The notes: a model not told the origin generated them from the sequence alone. Counted from the stretch's first letter, positions 30,077 to 41,113 are shown. The stretch: 64,000 nt of DNA from an uncultured bacterium (GCA_963718515.1 OY970354.1:694808-758807); one strand, 5' to 3'. Numbers and translations are program-made.

Positions 30077-31441
30077 ATGAAACTTCAGACCCGAAAGCGC
30101 ATATTTTATGTGTTCTTTCTTTTATTCGTGGTGATCGGCGCCTCGGTCGTATTGTATGCCGAGGGCTGGCGCCTGAGCCCCACTCTCCAGCCCGAAAAGG
30201 CCGGCGGCATTTATGTGCGATCGTTTCCCGCAAACGCAGAGATCACCTTGAACGGCAAGCCCGTCCAGAATCAATCGGCGTTCTTGAGCAGCGGTACGTT
30301 CATCTCCGGACTCTTCCCTAAAACGTATACGCTCCAGCTTACAGACGCGGGATATGACGCGTGGAGTGAAAGCCCACAAGTGCTTCCTTCGCTCGTCACC
30401 GAAATGAAGTATGCGGTGCTTATACCGGATACCGGCATCAATGTTGCGACGAGTGAGGGCGTGGGCAATTTCTTTGAAGTAAGCGACAACGTGGTCACTG
30501 CAAACACGAGCGGCACCATCACGTGGCGCGGGATCGTGATCGGCCATGGCATGATCGTGAGCCACAGCGCAGACCTCAAGACCGTGATTATCCGGTCCGG
30601 CGGTGGCAATGCGGGCGTCGGTGTTTCGGGCGCAGGCATCGCAACCTACTCCCTCTACAACTTTACGAGCGCCACGAGCACCAACCTTTCGGCGATACTC
30701 GAGAAAGACGGCATCACGCCGACTCCCACGCTTAACATTTTTATCGATCCATACAATGACACCGGCATTATCGTGCAGACGAAGCGTGAGATCATGGACA
30801 TCGATGCCGAGACGCACGCGGTGACCGCGATAGAAACGGCGCCGGCGGGAGCGATGGTGGAATCCCCTATTGCAATGTCGCCATCCGTGATGGCCTGGGC
30901 GCGGCTTTCGGACGACGGCGTATCGAGTACATCAGAGATCATCATCTACGACAAATTCTCCGGCGACACGATCGACGACTCGCTCGTCGTCCCGGGCGCG
31001 GTCAAACAGCTCGCGTGGATAAAAAATGGTGAGCTCGGCGTGCTCGAAAATAACAATTCGCTCTATCTCTACAATGTGCAAAGCGAACAACTCACCACGC
31101 TCGCGGACGACGTAAAACAGTTCTATCCGACGACGGACGGCACCGCCGTCGCGGCGCTCGAGTACAACAGCCTTGAGATCTTCTCATCCAATCCCCAGGA
31201 TTATTACCGCTTTAACCTGCCGCAGGGCGCGGACGTACAGGGCCTCATCTGGTATAAAGACGATACCCATCTCTTCGTGGAATATCTCAACCACGTCTCA
31301 TTCCTCGACCTCGCAGACACCGCGCTCAAAAATTTCACCACCGTCTCCCAAGGCACCGACGCTTCATACGATCCGCAGGAAGATTCTTTATATATAATAG
31401 ACCAGGGGCAAACATTGCTACGATTTGATTTTCCACAATAG
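30077..31441 (+). CDS. Membrane-anchored PEGA-domain protein
   Basis: An N-terminal TM segment is followed by VRSFPANAEITLNGKPV...YTLQLTDAGYDAW (PEGA-like) and a long beta-rich C-terminal region. Confidence 0.55.
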   Translation: MKLQTRKRIFYVFFLLFVVIGASVVLYAEGWRLSPTLQPEKAGGIYVRSFPANAEITLNGKPVQNQSAFLSSGTFISGLFPKTYTLQLTDAGYDAWSESPQVLPSLVTEMKYAVLIPDTGINVATSEGVGNFFEVSDNVVTANTSGTITWRGIVIGHGMIVSHSADLKTVIIRSGGGNAGVGVSGAGIATYSLYNFTSATSTNLSAILEKDGITPTPTLNIFIDPYNDTGIIVQTKREIMDIDAETHAVTAIETAPAGAMVESPIAMSPSVMAWARLSDDGVSSTSEIIIYDKFSGDTIDDSLVVPGAVKQLAWIKNGELGVLENNNSLYLYNVQSEQLTTLADDVKQFYPTTDGTAVAALEYNSLEIFSSNPQDYYRFNLPQGADVQGLIWYKDDTHLFVEYLNHVSFLDLADTALKNFTTVSQGTDASYDPQEDSLYIIDQGQTLLRFDFPQ

Positions 31442-31460
31442 CCGGTTCGCCGCTACCACC

Positions 31461-32024
31461 CTATTCTTCTTCCCGCGCCGCCTCCGGATAATTCGGCACA
31501 TGGCGCCGTGCGCGCGTGAGCAACTCTTTCTGCACCAGCTTTGCCTTCTTTTTTCCTACTGCGGGCAGGACGATCTTGTTATGGGCGGCATCGCGCTCGG
31601 AACCCGTCATAAAGATGACGATCTGGCTCACACCGGCAAGCCGATCCAAAGGATTGCGCTGGATGTTGACGTTCTGGATCTGGTGATACAGCGCCGCCGT
31701 TTCGTTTCGCACGACATACCCGTAGGTCATGATGAACGCCTCATCGGTGAACATATAGGTATAAAAATGATATTCGAGCCAGGTCCACGCGAGCACCATT
31801 AAAAAATAGGTGATGCTCACGAGAAGTAAAACCTTTACGGCAAAATCTCCCCAGATCGCGTAGGCGGGATCCGACGTCGGAATCCAACGCTCGCTGTACC
31901 ACGTGGCACCCGTCAGCACGAATAAAAAAATGGCGAACTTGATCCTATGCGAAAGAAAAAGCAGGAAGGCGCGGTGTCCGAGCGAATGCTTTTTCTGATT
32001 CTCCATCCCCATTACGGATGTCAT
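31461..32024 (-). CDS. Membrane-flanked bacterial PH domain protein (YdbS/YdbT-like, bPH_2)
   Basis: Two TM helices are followed by FTDEAFIMTYGYVVRNETAALYHQIQNVNIQRNPLDRLAGVSQIVIFMTG. Confidence 0.6.
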   Translation of the reverse strand: MTSVMGMENQKKHSLGHRAFLLFLSHRIKFAIFLFVLTGATWYSERWIPTSDPAYAIWGDFAVKVLLLVSITYFLMVLAWTWLEYHFYTYMFTDEAFIMTYGYVVRNETAALYHQIQNVNIQRNPLDRLAGVSQIVIFMTGSERDAAHNKIVLPAVGKKKAKLVQKELLTRARRHVPNYPEAAREEE

Positions 32025-32057
32025 ATGAATATATTATAATACACTTATAGCACTCTT

Positions 32058-32423
32058 ATGAAACTTCCCCACTCCCTACGCGTGATCATCCTTTTGCTCC
32101 GCATCGCGCTCGGCCTGCAGTTCATCTACCGCGTTCCGTTCGCACAGCTCCACACGCCGGAGCAGTGGGCATTCGTCGTGATCGGCGGACTGCTCGTGAT
32201 CGGCCTCATCACACGATTGAGCTCGATCGTCGCAATCGTGCTTATTCTCGTGAGCTATCTGCCTACCCTCAACTATGCGGTGTTAAATGTTCCGCAGTAT
32301 GTGGGCGCAGATGCCATCCTGGTGATCTGCATGCTTATTTTGATCTTTTCAAACGCCGGGCGCTATTTCGGCCTCGACACCTTTATCCACATCCGCATGC
32401 CCGGGCGGAAGAAAGAAAAGTGA
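32058..32423 (+). CDS. DoxX-like small membrane protein
   Basis: 121 aa with 4 TM helices. LLRIALGLQFIY is DoxX-like. Confidence 0.45.
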   Translation: MKLPHSLRVIILLLRIALGLQFIYRVPFAQLHTPEQWAFVVIGGLLVIGLITRLSSIVAIVLILVSYLPTLNYAVLNVPQYVGADAILVICMLILIFSNAGRYFGLDTFIHIRMPGRKKEK

Positions 32424-32435
32424 TATACTAGACCC

Positions 32436-32786
32436 ATGCCCACAGAACATCACTCAGAACACCACGCGGAGCATTCGGAAAAGAACCTCATCGCCATCCT
32501 CAGCTATCTGTGGATTCTCATCATCATCCCATTTCTCACGCCCGCCAAGGATGACCCGTTCGTAAAATTCCATCTCAAGCAGGGCCTCGTGCTTGTCATC
32601 TTTGAGGCCATCGGTTGGTTTGCGGGACTCGTCTTGGTCTGGGTTCCGATCATCGGTTGGTTGGTCGTCTGGCTCTGGTGGCTCGCGTCTATCATCCTTA
32701 TCATTGTCGGCATCATGAATGTCCTAAATGGCACGGAAAAGGAGTTGCCGTATATTGGGCACTACGCAAAGCGCTTCAGCTTCTAG
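32436..32786 (+). CDS. DUF4870 domain membrane protein
   Basis: AILSYLWILIIIPFLT...DDPFVKFHLKQGLVL. Confidence 0.65.
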   Translation: MPTEHHSEHHAEHSEKNLIAILSYLWILIIIPFLTPAKDDPFVKFHLKQGLVLVIFEAIGWFAGLVLVWVPIIGWLVVWLWWLASIILIIVGIMNVLNGTEKELPYIGHYAKRFSF

Positions 32787-33234
32787 ATTTTTTCGAAGGA
32801 AGGGTCATACTGAAGCGAGTAGTGGTAAGGAGGCAAAGTGCCAAATTCAGATTTGCTCGATCCGCGTCTGCCCAAACCAGAGCGCTCTTTTGATGTCGGC
32901 AACGGCCCGGACAATCCCGAAGCCGCACTTCGCGACGAGTTCAAAAGACAACGAGAGTCAAAAAAGACCCAGCCACCGCTTTCGTCTTTCAAACGGCCAA
33001 GAGAGCTCTAACTAAACGGGCAGCGTGATTTCTTCACGCTGCCCGTTTTATACTATTTCATTCTGACACTAGCCCTATTCGTTCGCCTCGCCATTGTCAT
33101 CCGTCGGCGTGTCGTCAGTGTTCGCCTCCGCATCGGCGACCTCATCCTCCACCTCCGGGTCGTCCAATGATTCTTCAGCCATATGCTCTGTTTTTATGGT
33201 TAATTTTTATTCGGCGACCTTTTTATATATCCGC

Positions 33235-33456
33235 CTATGCAGGCAGTTCCGGCAATGCATCGAACTTCGGCTTGAACTCGGCCATCCACTTGCTCATATC
33301 CTCCGGAGACATCTTCTTGATGTCCGCCGCCATTTCCGGGTGAGCCGCCTCGACGTGCTTCATGCCATCTGCCACCATCTCATCCGCCGTGTTACCGCTC
33401 AAGACCGCCGTGCATGTGGCCGGACCGCCCATCGCAGGGCATGTTATCTGTTTCAT
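33235..33456 (-). CDS. DUF1059 domain protein
   Basis: MKQITCPAMGGPATCTAVLSGNTADEMVADGMKHVEAAHPEM. Confidence 0.7.
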   Translation of the reverse strand: MKQITCPAMGGPATCTAVLSGNTADEMVADGMKHVEAAHPEMAADIKKMSPEDMSKWMAEFKPKFDALPELPA

Positions 33457-33534
33457 ATCGTTTTATATATAGAGTGAATTTAATTTTATCGCTTCAGATC
33501 GACCTGCCACCATTTTACCATAATTGCCGCGATA

Positions 33535-36500
33535 TTATTTCATCCCCTTCCGCAGTGTGCAATATGTGCAATCCGGATCGTGACAACCCTTATCCCAGAA
33601 TGAAAGGTCGAGGATCTCGCGTGACACTTGCATGACCTGCGCCTCGAGCACCTTCACCTCGCCAGGCGTGATCACAAATTCCTCGCGGTGCATTTTGCCG
33701 CGATCATCCGGCTCGATGAACTGAATGACGCCGTCCTTCATGGTGCGCTTGCCCTCTTTATCAAGTAATAGTTTATAGAACACAAGCTGGCGCTTGTAAT
33801 TGCCGTCGCTCGACGCGGTGTTGCCTTCGATATCGTTGCGTGTTTTTGGCTTGCCGGTTTTGTAGTCCACTACTCTAACATCTTCTTTGGCATTTTCCTT
33901 GGCGTCTTCATCGCTGCCGCTCAGAAACTCTATCCGGTCCAGTTTACCGTTGATCGGCGTGCCGTCGTCAAGCACGACCCCATCAATACGCGCTTCGTTC
34001 AAAGCACGCGATGTCCATGCCAAGTGGTATTCCTCATAAAAAAGCGGCAGGACGCGGCGGCCTTTTTCCAGCGCCTCCTCGTATTCGCTCTGCTTTATCG
34101 GCTCGTGCGCGATCGATTCCTCGAAACGCTGTACTAAATATTCTTTGCCGCGCGGATCGCCATCGCCCAGCGCATCGAAATAACTTTTGAGCGCGGCGTG
34201 CACCGCGTTGCCGAACGACAGATTTTTATTCGGGGCTTCCGGGATGCGCACGAGGTTCCGATAAAAATATGCCCACGGGCACTCCAGATAATTATTGAGT
34301 GCGGTCACCGAGATCCCCTGCGCACGGAAGAGCTCGTTCAAGAACTCTTTGTCTTTGAGCTCCGGCATTTGCGCCGCGCCGCGCGCCGGCGCAAATTCGA
34401 TCTCCGCGCGATGCGCGGCGAAATCATCTTCATATGGCGCGACATCGTAGGGGGCTAGGATGGTTTCGCCGAGGGCCGCGATGAACTGGGTCGGTAATTG
34501 CTCCTTCGCGCTCTGATCCGTCTTTGCAAGTGTGATGAATAATCCTTTCCGCGCACGCGTGAGGGCGACATAAAAAATATTGCGCTCATCGGCAAGGTCG
34601 TCTGCTTCATCATCCCCATCCGCCGCGCCGCTCATATCCGCACCGCGATAGATCTTCGTCGGTAACTTGATCGATTCCCTGCGCGTGTGCGAGCCCCATG
34701 TGCGAGCGCCCGCATTCATGATAAAAACATGATCGAACTCCAAACCCTTCGAGCCATGCGCGGTCATTAAGCGCACGCGACCGGGCAGTCGCACAGTGTC
34801 GCGTGCCGCGGATCGCGATCTCGTGCTCTTCCATCAGGTCAAGATATGCAAAAAAGTCGCCAAGCGTGTAATTTTTTTGGCGCTCTATGAACGACTTGAG
34901 GAGGTCGAAAAGCGCGTGCAGTTTTGCGATTTTTTCGCTGGCAGAGGAGTGGTTCAGGAGCGCGGTCACAAAACCGGACTCATAAACGATCATCTCAAAA
35001 GCCTCCGCCGCGCCCCGGTTTTTGGCCGCCCTAACCCAGTTCGGAAAGATGGTAAAAAAGGCTCTCGTAGGCCATTTTTGAGGCAGTATCCACCCCCGCC
35101 GCGTCCAAAGCGGCCGGCGAACGTATTACCTCGAACATCTTGGTATGTTCACGCGCGGCGTAGGCCGACAGCTTATACACGTCGATCGGTGCGATACCCA
35201 AAAAGTCCACGTGCAGGGCTTCGGCCAGGGTCACATCGTTGCCAAAATGCTGGACCGCGCGCAGGATGCGCACCAGCTTTTTTATCTCCTCGTCCCCTAG
35301 CACGTCTTGATTCGATTCTATATTAAAGAGCACTTTTTGCTTTTCAAGCATCGCGCCGAGCGGCACGACATCCTTGTTATTATGATAGAGCACCGCGATT
35401 TCTTCCGCAGGCACGCCGCTTGCGATCAACTCTTTTATTTTGCGCGCGATGAAATAATATTCCACGGCGGGCGATGACAACGCCGCGAGATGCGCCGACG
35501 ACCTCCGGATGCCCCGCCTTCGCCACGAGCGGGGTCTCGCGCGGCGAAACGTTTTGCGCAAGCATCCAAGATCGCTTGCGTGGAACGATAATTGTTGCGT
35601 AATGTTATCAACACAACATCTTTATAGTGATCGCGGAAGTAGTGAAAATTCTCGAGCGACGCGCCCTGAAAACGGAATATGGCCTGCTTCTCGTCCCCTA
35701 CCACAAAAAGATTTGGCGCGGTCGCTGCGCGCCGGCAATCAATTCAATGATCCTGTTCTGCGCATCATTCGTGTCCTGGTGCTCATCCACCAAAAAATAT
35801 TCGTACGCATCTTGGAGCACCTGCGTCAGCTCGTCATTCAACTCGAGCGCCGTGCGCCACATACATGATCATGTCGCTGTAGTCGTACTGATGTGCGGCG
35901 ATGAGCGCCTTTTGGTATTCTGCATAGATGGTGGCAAGTTCGACATTGCGGTCGGTTTGCTTTGCCGCCGTCACATATTTGCCTTTCATCTTTCCTTCGT
36001 ACTTTCCGGATTGGTTCATAAGGTCCGGATTCTCATAAAAATCTTTTTTTGCATCCGCCTGCGATCGCGGAAAATGTTTCGGGCATGACTCCTTGTTGTT
36101 TCAGCTCATTGATAGCGCTCAAAATGGTCCGCAAATAATAATATCGATCGCCGAACGGCCGCAGGTCCTTGAGCGGCGAGCGTGTCGAGCAGCTTTCGCA
36201 GAATGCTCACCTGCTCGATCTCCGTGATGCTCGTGGCGCCGATGATATTCGGAAAATAGTCCGGGTAATCGCGGATGATGCGGTTCGCAAATCCGTGGAA
36301 CGTGGAAATTTCCACGCGATACGCCTCGTGCCCGATCAATTCCACGAGGCGCCGGCGCATCGAAATCGCGCCCGATTCGGTAAATGTGAGCGCAAGGATT
36401 TTTTCCGGCGGCACTTTCGTTGCCGCGCCACCGCCGCGCCGCAAAATATTTGCGATGCGCATGGTGAGCACTTCCGTCTTGCCCGTTCCCGGGCCAGCGA

Positions 36501-36603
36501 TCACCATGACCGGACCCGCAAGCGTATCCACCGCCTGGCGCTGTTCGGGATTTAGCGCCGCGTAGCGAAGTTCAAAAGTATCGGGTGTCTTAGGTGACGA
36601 CAT
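33535..36603 (-). CDS. UvrD/PcrA-type helicase fused to a C-terminal PD-(D/E)XK (Cas4-like, 4-Cys) nuclease domain; fragmented into ~6 ORFs by single-nt indels
   Basis: The N-terminus (ORF 36106..36603) has LNPEQRQAV...VIAGPGTGKTEVL and LALTFTESGA. ORF 35435..35704 contains VGDEKQAIFRFQGAS. ORF 33535..34794 contains LMTAHGSKGLEFDHVF, YVALTRARKG and VVDYKTGK...CHDPDCTYC. Confidence 0.85.
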
Positions 36604-36657
36604 CCCACAAGCTTACCGCCAAATGCACAATGGCTCAAACGGTATTATAATAGATAG

Positions 36658-37065
36658 GTGACCGCGAAAAATATTGAAAAATATCTAAAGTACGCGATGG
36701 TCTTACTCGCCATCCTTATCATTATTTTAGCGGTCGTTTTTGTGCACGAGTCTATTGTTCTCCATCACGAACAGCTGGTGAGCGCGCACGAGCTCGCACT
36801 GTCCAGTTTTTTACAACATCATAGGCCACTCACCGCAGGCGACGTTACGATCATTCGCCCATGGATGACGTTCGCTTATATCGACAAGCTTTTCAACGTC
36901 TCTTCGACATATTTGCAATCCAGCCTTTCTATACAGGATCCGCATTACCCCCAGCTCTCGCTCTCCGGATACGCAAACTATGAGCATGAAAGTGTCGCGA
37001 CGCTCACCACGGAAGTGGAAGATTCCCTCTCCACTTACTTAACCGCCACGAGTACCGCACATTAG
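36658..37065 (+). CDS. Membrane-anchored hypothetical protein
   Basis: A GTG start is followed by one N-terminal TM helix. It is adjacent (1-nt gap) to the DedA gene. Confidence 0.45.
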   Translation: MTAKNIEKYLKYAMVLLAILIIILAVVFVHESIVLHHEQLVSAHELALSSFLQHHRPLTAGDVTIIRPWMTFAYIDKLFNVSSTYLQSSLSIQDPHYPQLSLSGYANYEHESVATLTTEVEDSLSTYLTATSTAH

Positions 37066-37066
37066 G

Positions 37067-37660
37067 ATGGATGCACTGCTTACCCCCATCCTTTCATATG
37101 TTCTGCTCTACAAATATGTCGCGATCTTTTTGATCGTCTACAGCGGCGCGGTGATCATCCCGTGGCCGGCGAACGCGATGCTCCTCGCCGTTGGCGCCTT
37201 CGCGAGCCAAGGCTTTTTTAGTTTTTGGATATCTCTCGCGGTCGCGGTGGTTGCGAACACGCTCGGTGACCTCACCGACTATGCCCTCACGAGAAAGTTC
37301 GGGGAACCGTTTCTGCGCAAATTCAAACTCGACAAAGTCCGTTTTTTTATTCGCCTCAAAGAAGAGCTCGTGACGGACGCCGCAGTGACGGTATTCATCA
37401 CGCGCTTTGCGGGATCGCTCAGCTCCATCACCAATTTTTTGGCCGGGCTCGTGGAGGTGCCGTTCTGGACATTCTTATGGTTCGATCTTTTGGGTAACAT
37501 CGTGGAACCCTTCGGCGCGCTCGCCCTCGGTTACGCGGTGGGAAATTATTGGAGTGACTTCTCGAACCTGCTGAGCCTCATCGCAGGCATCGCCGCCGCG
37601 GGTATATTGCTCTTCGTGCTGGCGCGGATCTACCGCAGAATGATGCGAAAATATACATAA
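37067..37660 (+). CDS. DedA family membrane protein
   Basis: YKYVAIFLIVYSGAVIIPWPAN...TRFAGSLSSITNFLAGL. Confidence 0.75.
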   Translation: MDALLTPILSYVLLYKYVAIFLIVYSGAVIIPWPANAMLLAVGAFASQGFFSFWISLAVAVVANTLGDLTDYALTRKFGEPFLRKFKLDKVRFFIRLKEELVTDAAVTVFITRFAGSLSSITNFLAGLVEVPFWTFLWFDLLGNIVEPFGALALGYAVGNYWSDFSNLLSLIAGIAAAGILLFVLARIYRRMMRKYT

Positions 37661-37725
37661 AATAAAACCCCCTTCTCTCGCCTCCCTGAAGATGATAGTT
37701 CGGCGAGAGAAGGGGGTTTTATTTT
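37659..37725. terminator. 24-bp inverted repeat with A-run/T-run between convergent genes; member H3 of the conserved-loop hairpin family
   Basis: aaaataaaacccccttctctcgcc / loop tccctgaagatgatagttc / ggcgagagaagggggttttatttt. Confidence 0.7.
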
Positions 37726-37744
37726 ATAGCTTGATTAAGAGACC

Positions 37745-38662
37745 CTAGAACTTGAACAGGTGCTGGAAGAAACCGCCGATGGCTCCGAAGAATCCACTAA
37801 AGCCTCCGCCTTTTCCGTGCGGCGCTCCGCCGCCGGTCGAGGTTGCATTGGCCCTCGTCCCCTGGTCAATAATCGAGGACGCTGTTATCGAAACGCCATT
37901 CACCGTTCCCTGGATGATAAGATTATCTCCGGTCGCGATGCTTCCCACGGTCGTGGTCGTTCCATTCTTTACGATCGTCGCGCTTGAAGCATCGATCGTA
38001 TAGGTAATGTTGCCTGGATTCGTCACGGTGAGCGTCGTGCCGCTGATCGCGGTCACACTACCACCGACGACCGGTTCACCATTACCCTGGATCGGCGAGA
38101 CGAAAGGTGTCGAGCTGGAAGCGGTGGATGAGCCGTGGCCAAAACCGCCGCCCGTGCCGCCCGGCCTGCGCCCGCCCATGAATATTCCCATCACGCCATC
38201 ACGGATGACGGTCGCAGTGACATTCGTCCCGCTCACCGTTCCTTGGACGATAACAACATCGCCTATGGCAATATCCGAGACAGAGACCGTCGAGGTCGGA
38301 CTGCCTTTGTAGATCTCTGCGTTGCTCGCATCAACCGAGTATGTGGTCACGCCGGAATTCCCGGAGTTTGTGGAGCTCGCCATACGCGGCCACACTGTTG
38401 CGGTAACGATAAGCGTGGTGCCGTTCACTGCGCTCACCGTACCGAAAACGCCCGGCGTCATCATCGGCCCATGCATTCCGCCCATGCGCATACCACCATT
38501 CGCACCATTGTGAAAACCTCCCTGCACGTTCACTCCGGCCACGTTCGCACCGACGCCAACTCCCGCGCTCGTCTGCGCAAGCGCCGGCGCAGCGACCACC
38601 AAAAGGCTCGCGGCCAAACCTGCCACAGTAGCCAACGAAAGATATTTATTTTGCATAATCAT
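37745..38662 (-). CDS. Secreted Gly/Thr-rich protein with two DUF5666-like repeats
   Basis: Signal peptide MIMQNKYLSLATVAGLAASLLVVAAPALA. Two repeats follow the pattern V..V.GTTL.VT......Y.VD.S.A.I.K.......S.IA.GD...IQGTV.G.. Confidence 0.6.
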   Translation of the reverse strand: MIMQNKYLSLATVAGLAASLLVVAAPALAQTSAGVGVGANVAGVNVQGGFHNGANGGMRMGGMHGPMMTPGVFGTVSAVNGTTLIVTATVWPRMASSTNSGNSGVTTYSVDASNAEIYKGSPTSTVSVSDIAIGDVVIVQGTVSGTNVTATVIRDGVMGIFMGGRRPGGTGGGFGHGSSTASSSTPFVSPIQGNGEPVVGGSVTAISGTTLTVTNPGNITYTIDASSATIVKNGTTTTVGSIATGDNLIIQGTVNGVSITASSIIDQGTRANATSTGGGAPHGKGGGFSGFFGAIGGFFQHLFKF

Positions 38663-38956
38663 ATTTTTTATATTTATCTCCCCATACAAATCAGGCTGAC
38701 TCGACCATCAGGCCGGATCTGCATCTACTCATATAATACGCCGCAGGATGAGATAAAGTTTCATTTGACAGATCCGGTTTATATTGTATATTCAAGTCAG
38801 CAAGAACCATTAAAACACGATACTTCCTCCTGACGCTCTTTGATACGGGCACGATGGTCCTGCAATCGTTGCCCACCACGGCGGAGATCGATCAGAATCT
38901 CCGCTAACCGCACGGCCGCCATTTTTATGGCGGCCTGTTCTTTTATGTCGCGCTAT

Positions 38957-39511
38957 TTATAGTGGAGAATAGTAGAGCAAAACGTTCCCCGAGCTGAAAA
39001 TTTTCGTTTTCGCGAGCTTCAATTTTAATCTTTCTTTCATATCTTTGAAGAGCGTCTTGCCCACGCCGAGCGCGACAGGGTTCACGATCAATCGGTATTC
39101 GTCGATGAGCCCGAGCGAGGCGAGCGCGGAAACGATCGTACCGCTCCCAAAGATCAAAATATCTTTCCCTCCGCCCTGCTTTATTTTTGTTATCTCCGTC
39201 GCGTCGATCGTTTTCATCACCGTCGAATTGTTCCACGTAAGATTCTCCTGCGTGGTTGAGAATACGATCTTCGCCAGGTTGTTCATCCGCTCGGCGACGA
39301 CAGGGTCGTTCGTGACGACGGTCGCCGTGGGCCAATAGCCCGCCATCATCTCGTACGTCACGCGGCCGAATAAAATCGTGTCTGCGGCGTTCAGCATATC
39401 GATCGCATATTGGTTGAACTCCGCATCTACCCTATGCCAGTCGATCTCCCCGTTCGGCCCAGCAAAAAAGCCGTCCACGGTTATCATTTCAGAAACAATG
39501 ATCTTTCTCAT
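38957..39511 (-). CDS. Dihydrofolate reductase family protein (RibD C-terminal domain type)
   Basis: MRKIIVSEMITVDGFFAGPNGEIDWH...ILFGRVTYE...ILIFGSGTIV. Confidence 0.75.
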   Translation of the reverse strand: MRKIIVSEMITVDGFFAGPNGEIDWHRVDAEFNQYAIDMLNAADTILFGRVTYEMMAGYWPTATVVTNDPVVAERMNNLAKIVFSTTQENLTWNNSTVMKTIDATEITKIKQGGGKDILIFGSGTIVSALASLGLIDEYRLIVNPVALGVGKTLFKDMKERLKLKLAKTKIFSSGNVLLYYSPL

Positions 39512-39541
39512 AGACCCATTCTACCATTTTTTGCATTCTTC

Positions 39542-39817
39542 TTATCCTATCCTGAACCCGGTGAATTTTCCGTGAGCATTTGCCCACTCTGCCTCAACTT
39601 TTTTTACCCTGGCGGTGATCGGACCTTTTTCGCACCACGCCAAAAATTCCGCGAGCGCATCTTCCTCCCCTTCCGCCTCTATATACACAGTGCCATCCGG
39701 CTCGTTCATCACAAAGCCAAACACCGCGAGCTTCCGCGCCGTCCAATACGTGGCGTCACGGAAGCCCACGCCGTGCACCTCGCCATGGATCTTAATAGTG
39801 AGGTTTTTCTTTGCCAT
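39542..39817 (-). CDS. acyP: Acylphosphatase
   Basis: IHGEVHGVGFRDATYWTARKLAVFGFVMNEPDGTVYIEAEG. Confidence 0.85.
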   Translation of the reverse strand: MAKKNLTIKIHGEVHGVGFRDATYWTARKLAVFGFVMNEPDGTVYIEAEGEEDALAEFLAWCEKGPITARVKKVEAEWANAHGKFTGFRIG

Positions 39818-39883
39818 TTCGCTAGTATATCAAAGGTCGGGCGACGAGCGCCAAACGCCATAGCGTGCTATACTGATGGCCTC

Positions 39884-40138
39884 ATGAAGAAACCGAAAGG
39901 CCACCATTACATTCCCATTTCCCTCGAAGGGTTGAATAAAAAGCTCGAATTTGAGGTCAAGCGCCTTGTGCGGGAAAAAGAAGAAGGCATCGTAAAGCAT
40001 ATCCGCACAAAGACCACGCTGAACGGCATCTCCACGCTGGTCTTTAAGAATAAGGCCGGAAAGAATATCACGTTGTCGTACCGACATGACGCGAGCGGCA
40101 CCCTACGCTTCGCCCGCGAAGAACAGTTCGCATCATAG
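39884..40138 (+). CDS. Hypothetical small basic protein (84 aa)
   Basis: Only the last part of ORF 39410..40138 is non-antisense. It begins MKKPKGHHYIPISLEG. Confidence 0.4.
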   Translation: MKKPKGHHYIPISLEGLNKKLEFEVKRLVREKEEGIVKHIRTKTTLNGISTLVFKNKAGKNITLSYRHDASGTLRFAREEQFAS

Positions 40139-40166
40139 AAGATAGTTGAACGACACCGATCAACCC

Positions 40167-40724
40167 CTACCAGACGAAAGGAATCAGCGCCTTCGTCCGT
40201 TTTTTATATCCCGGATACTGGTCCGGAAATAATTGCATCATATATTTTTCTTCCACGGGGATCCGGTATAAAAAATTTATAAAGAAGATCACAGCAACAA
40301 GGAGCCAGATGGCGGTGCTCACGAGCGCAGAACTCACGAGCGCGAGCAGTATCCCGGTATAGATCGGATGGCGCACAAAGCGGTATGGGCCGGACGTTAT
40401 GAGTTCATGGTCTTCTTTCATGGACGGCATGCCGCTCCAATTCCTGCCAAGATGTACGCGTGCCCAGATGGCGAACGCGAGTCCGGCGGCGCAGAGAACG
40501 ACCCCGACGATCTGCACCACATAGCTAAATTGATATCCCAAAAAGTTCCACGCCGAAGAGAACTGGAGCAAAACAATGATGACGACCACGAGTAATATCC
40601 GAATGCCCGCACTACGCGCCCAATCACCGGTGCGGACATTCTTTTTGACGCCTATCGCGGAAACAAGCCAATAAATGATGAACATGGCCCACAACAAGAA
40701 AACAACATTTTGGGTGTCGATCAT
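40167..40724 (-). CDS. Isoprenylcysteine carboxyl methyltransferase (ICMT) family membrane methyltransferase
   Basis: VHLGRNWSG...LITSGPYRFVRHPIYTGILLA. The internal Met start at 40724 overlaps the upstream stop (ATGA). Confidence 0.75.
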   Translation of the reverse strand: MIDTQNVVFLLWAMFIIYWLVSAIGVKKNVRTGDWARSAGIRILLVVVIIVLLQFSSAWNFLGYQFSYVVQIVGVVLCAAGLAFAIWARVHLGRNWSGMPSMKEDHELITSGPYRFVRHPIYTGILLALVSSALVSTAIWLLVAVIFFINFLYRIPVEEKYMMQLFPDQYPGYKKRTKALIPFVW

Positions 40725-41113
40725 GAGGATGGATGTATGAACTTTCGGAATCGCGGATCGCGGAGATACAACGCTCCCCACAATGCGATGCCGAAATAGA
40801 CCGGGAATAAAACATTGGTGAAGAGCGGGTAGCCGACGCGGAGATTGCTCGCCACTGCGCCGCCGAGATAGCCGGTCAAAAGGATCGCGCCGAGGACCGA
40901 CGTCCGCGGAATAATATAGAGGATGAGACAAGCGAGCTCGACGATGGCCAAGGGAAAGGCGACTCCATTTGAGTAGCCAAGCGCGGCAAATGATTGCACA
41001 ACCACGGGAATATCCAACGCGTGAATGATGACGTCAAATAGCAAAAATATGATGACGCCCGCCTGTACGGTGCGCCCCACCCATAACCACTTTTTAGTGC
41101 TGAATCCCTCCAT
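40721..41113 (-). CDS. DoxX-like family membrane protein
   Basis: 130 aa with 4 TM helices. LTGYLGGAVASNLRVG resembles DoxX_2. Confidence 0.55.
   Translation of the reverse strand: MEGFSTKKWLWVGRTVQAGVIIFLLFDVIIHALDIPVVVQSFAALGYSNGVAFPLAIVELACLILYIIPRTSVLGAILLTGYLGGAVASNLRVGYPLFTNVLFPVYFGIALWGALYLRDPRFRKFIHPSS

Noticed and set aside
38690-38956. Possible riboswitch/leader upstream of the DUF5666 gene (structured GC-rich 5' region).
   Set aside because: I could not match it to any riboswitch consensus I know (B12 box, c-di-GMP, ykkC, etc.). It remains an unexplained 5' UTR only.
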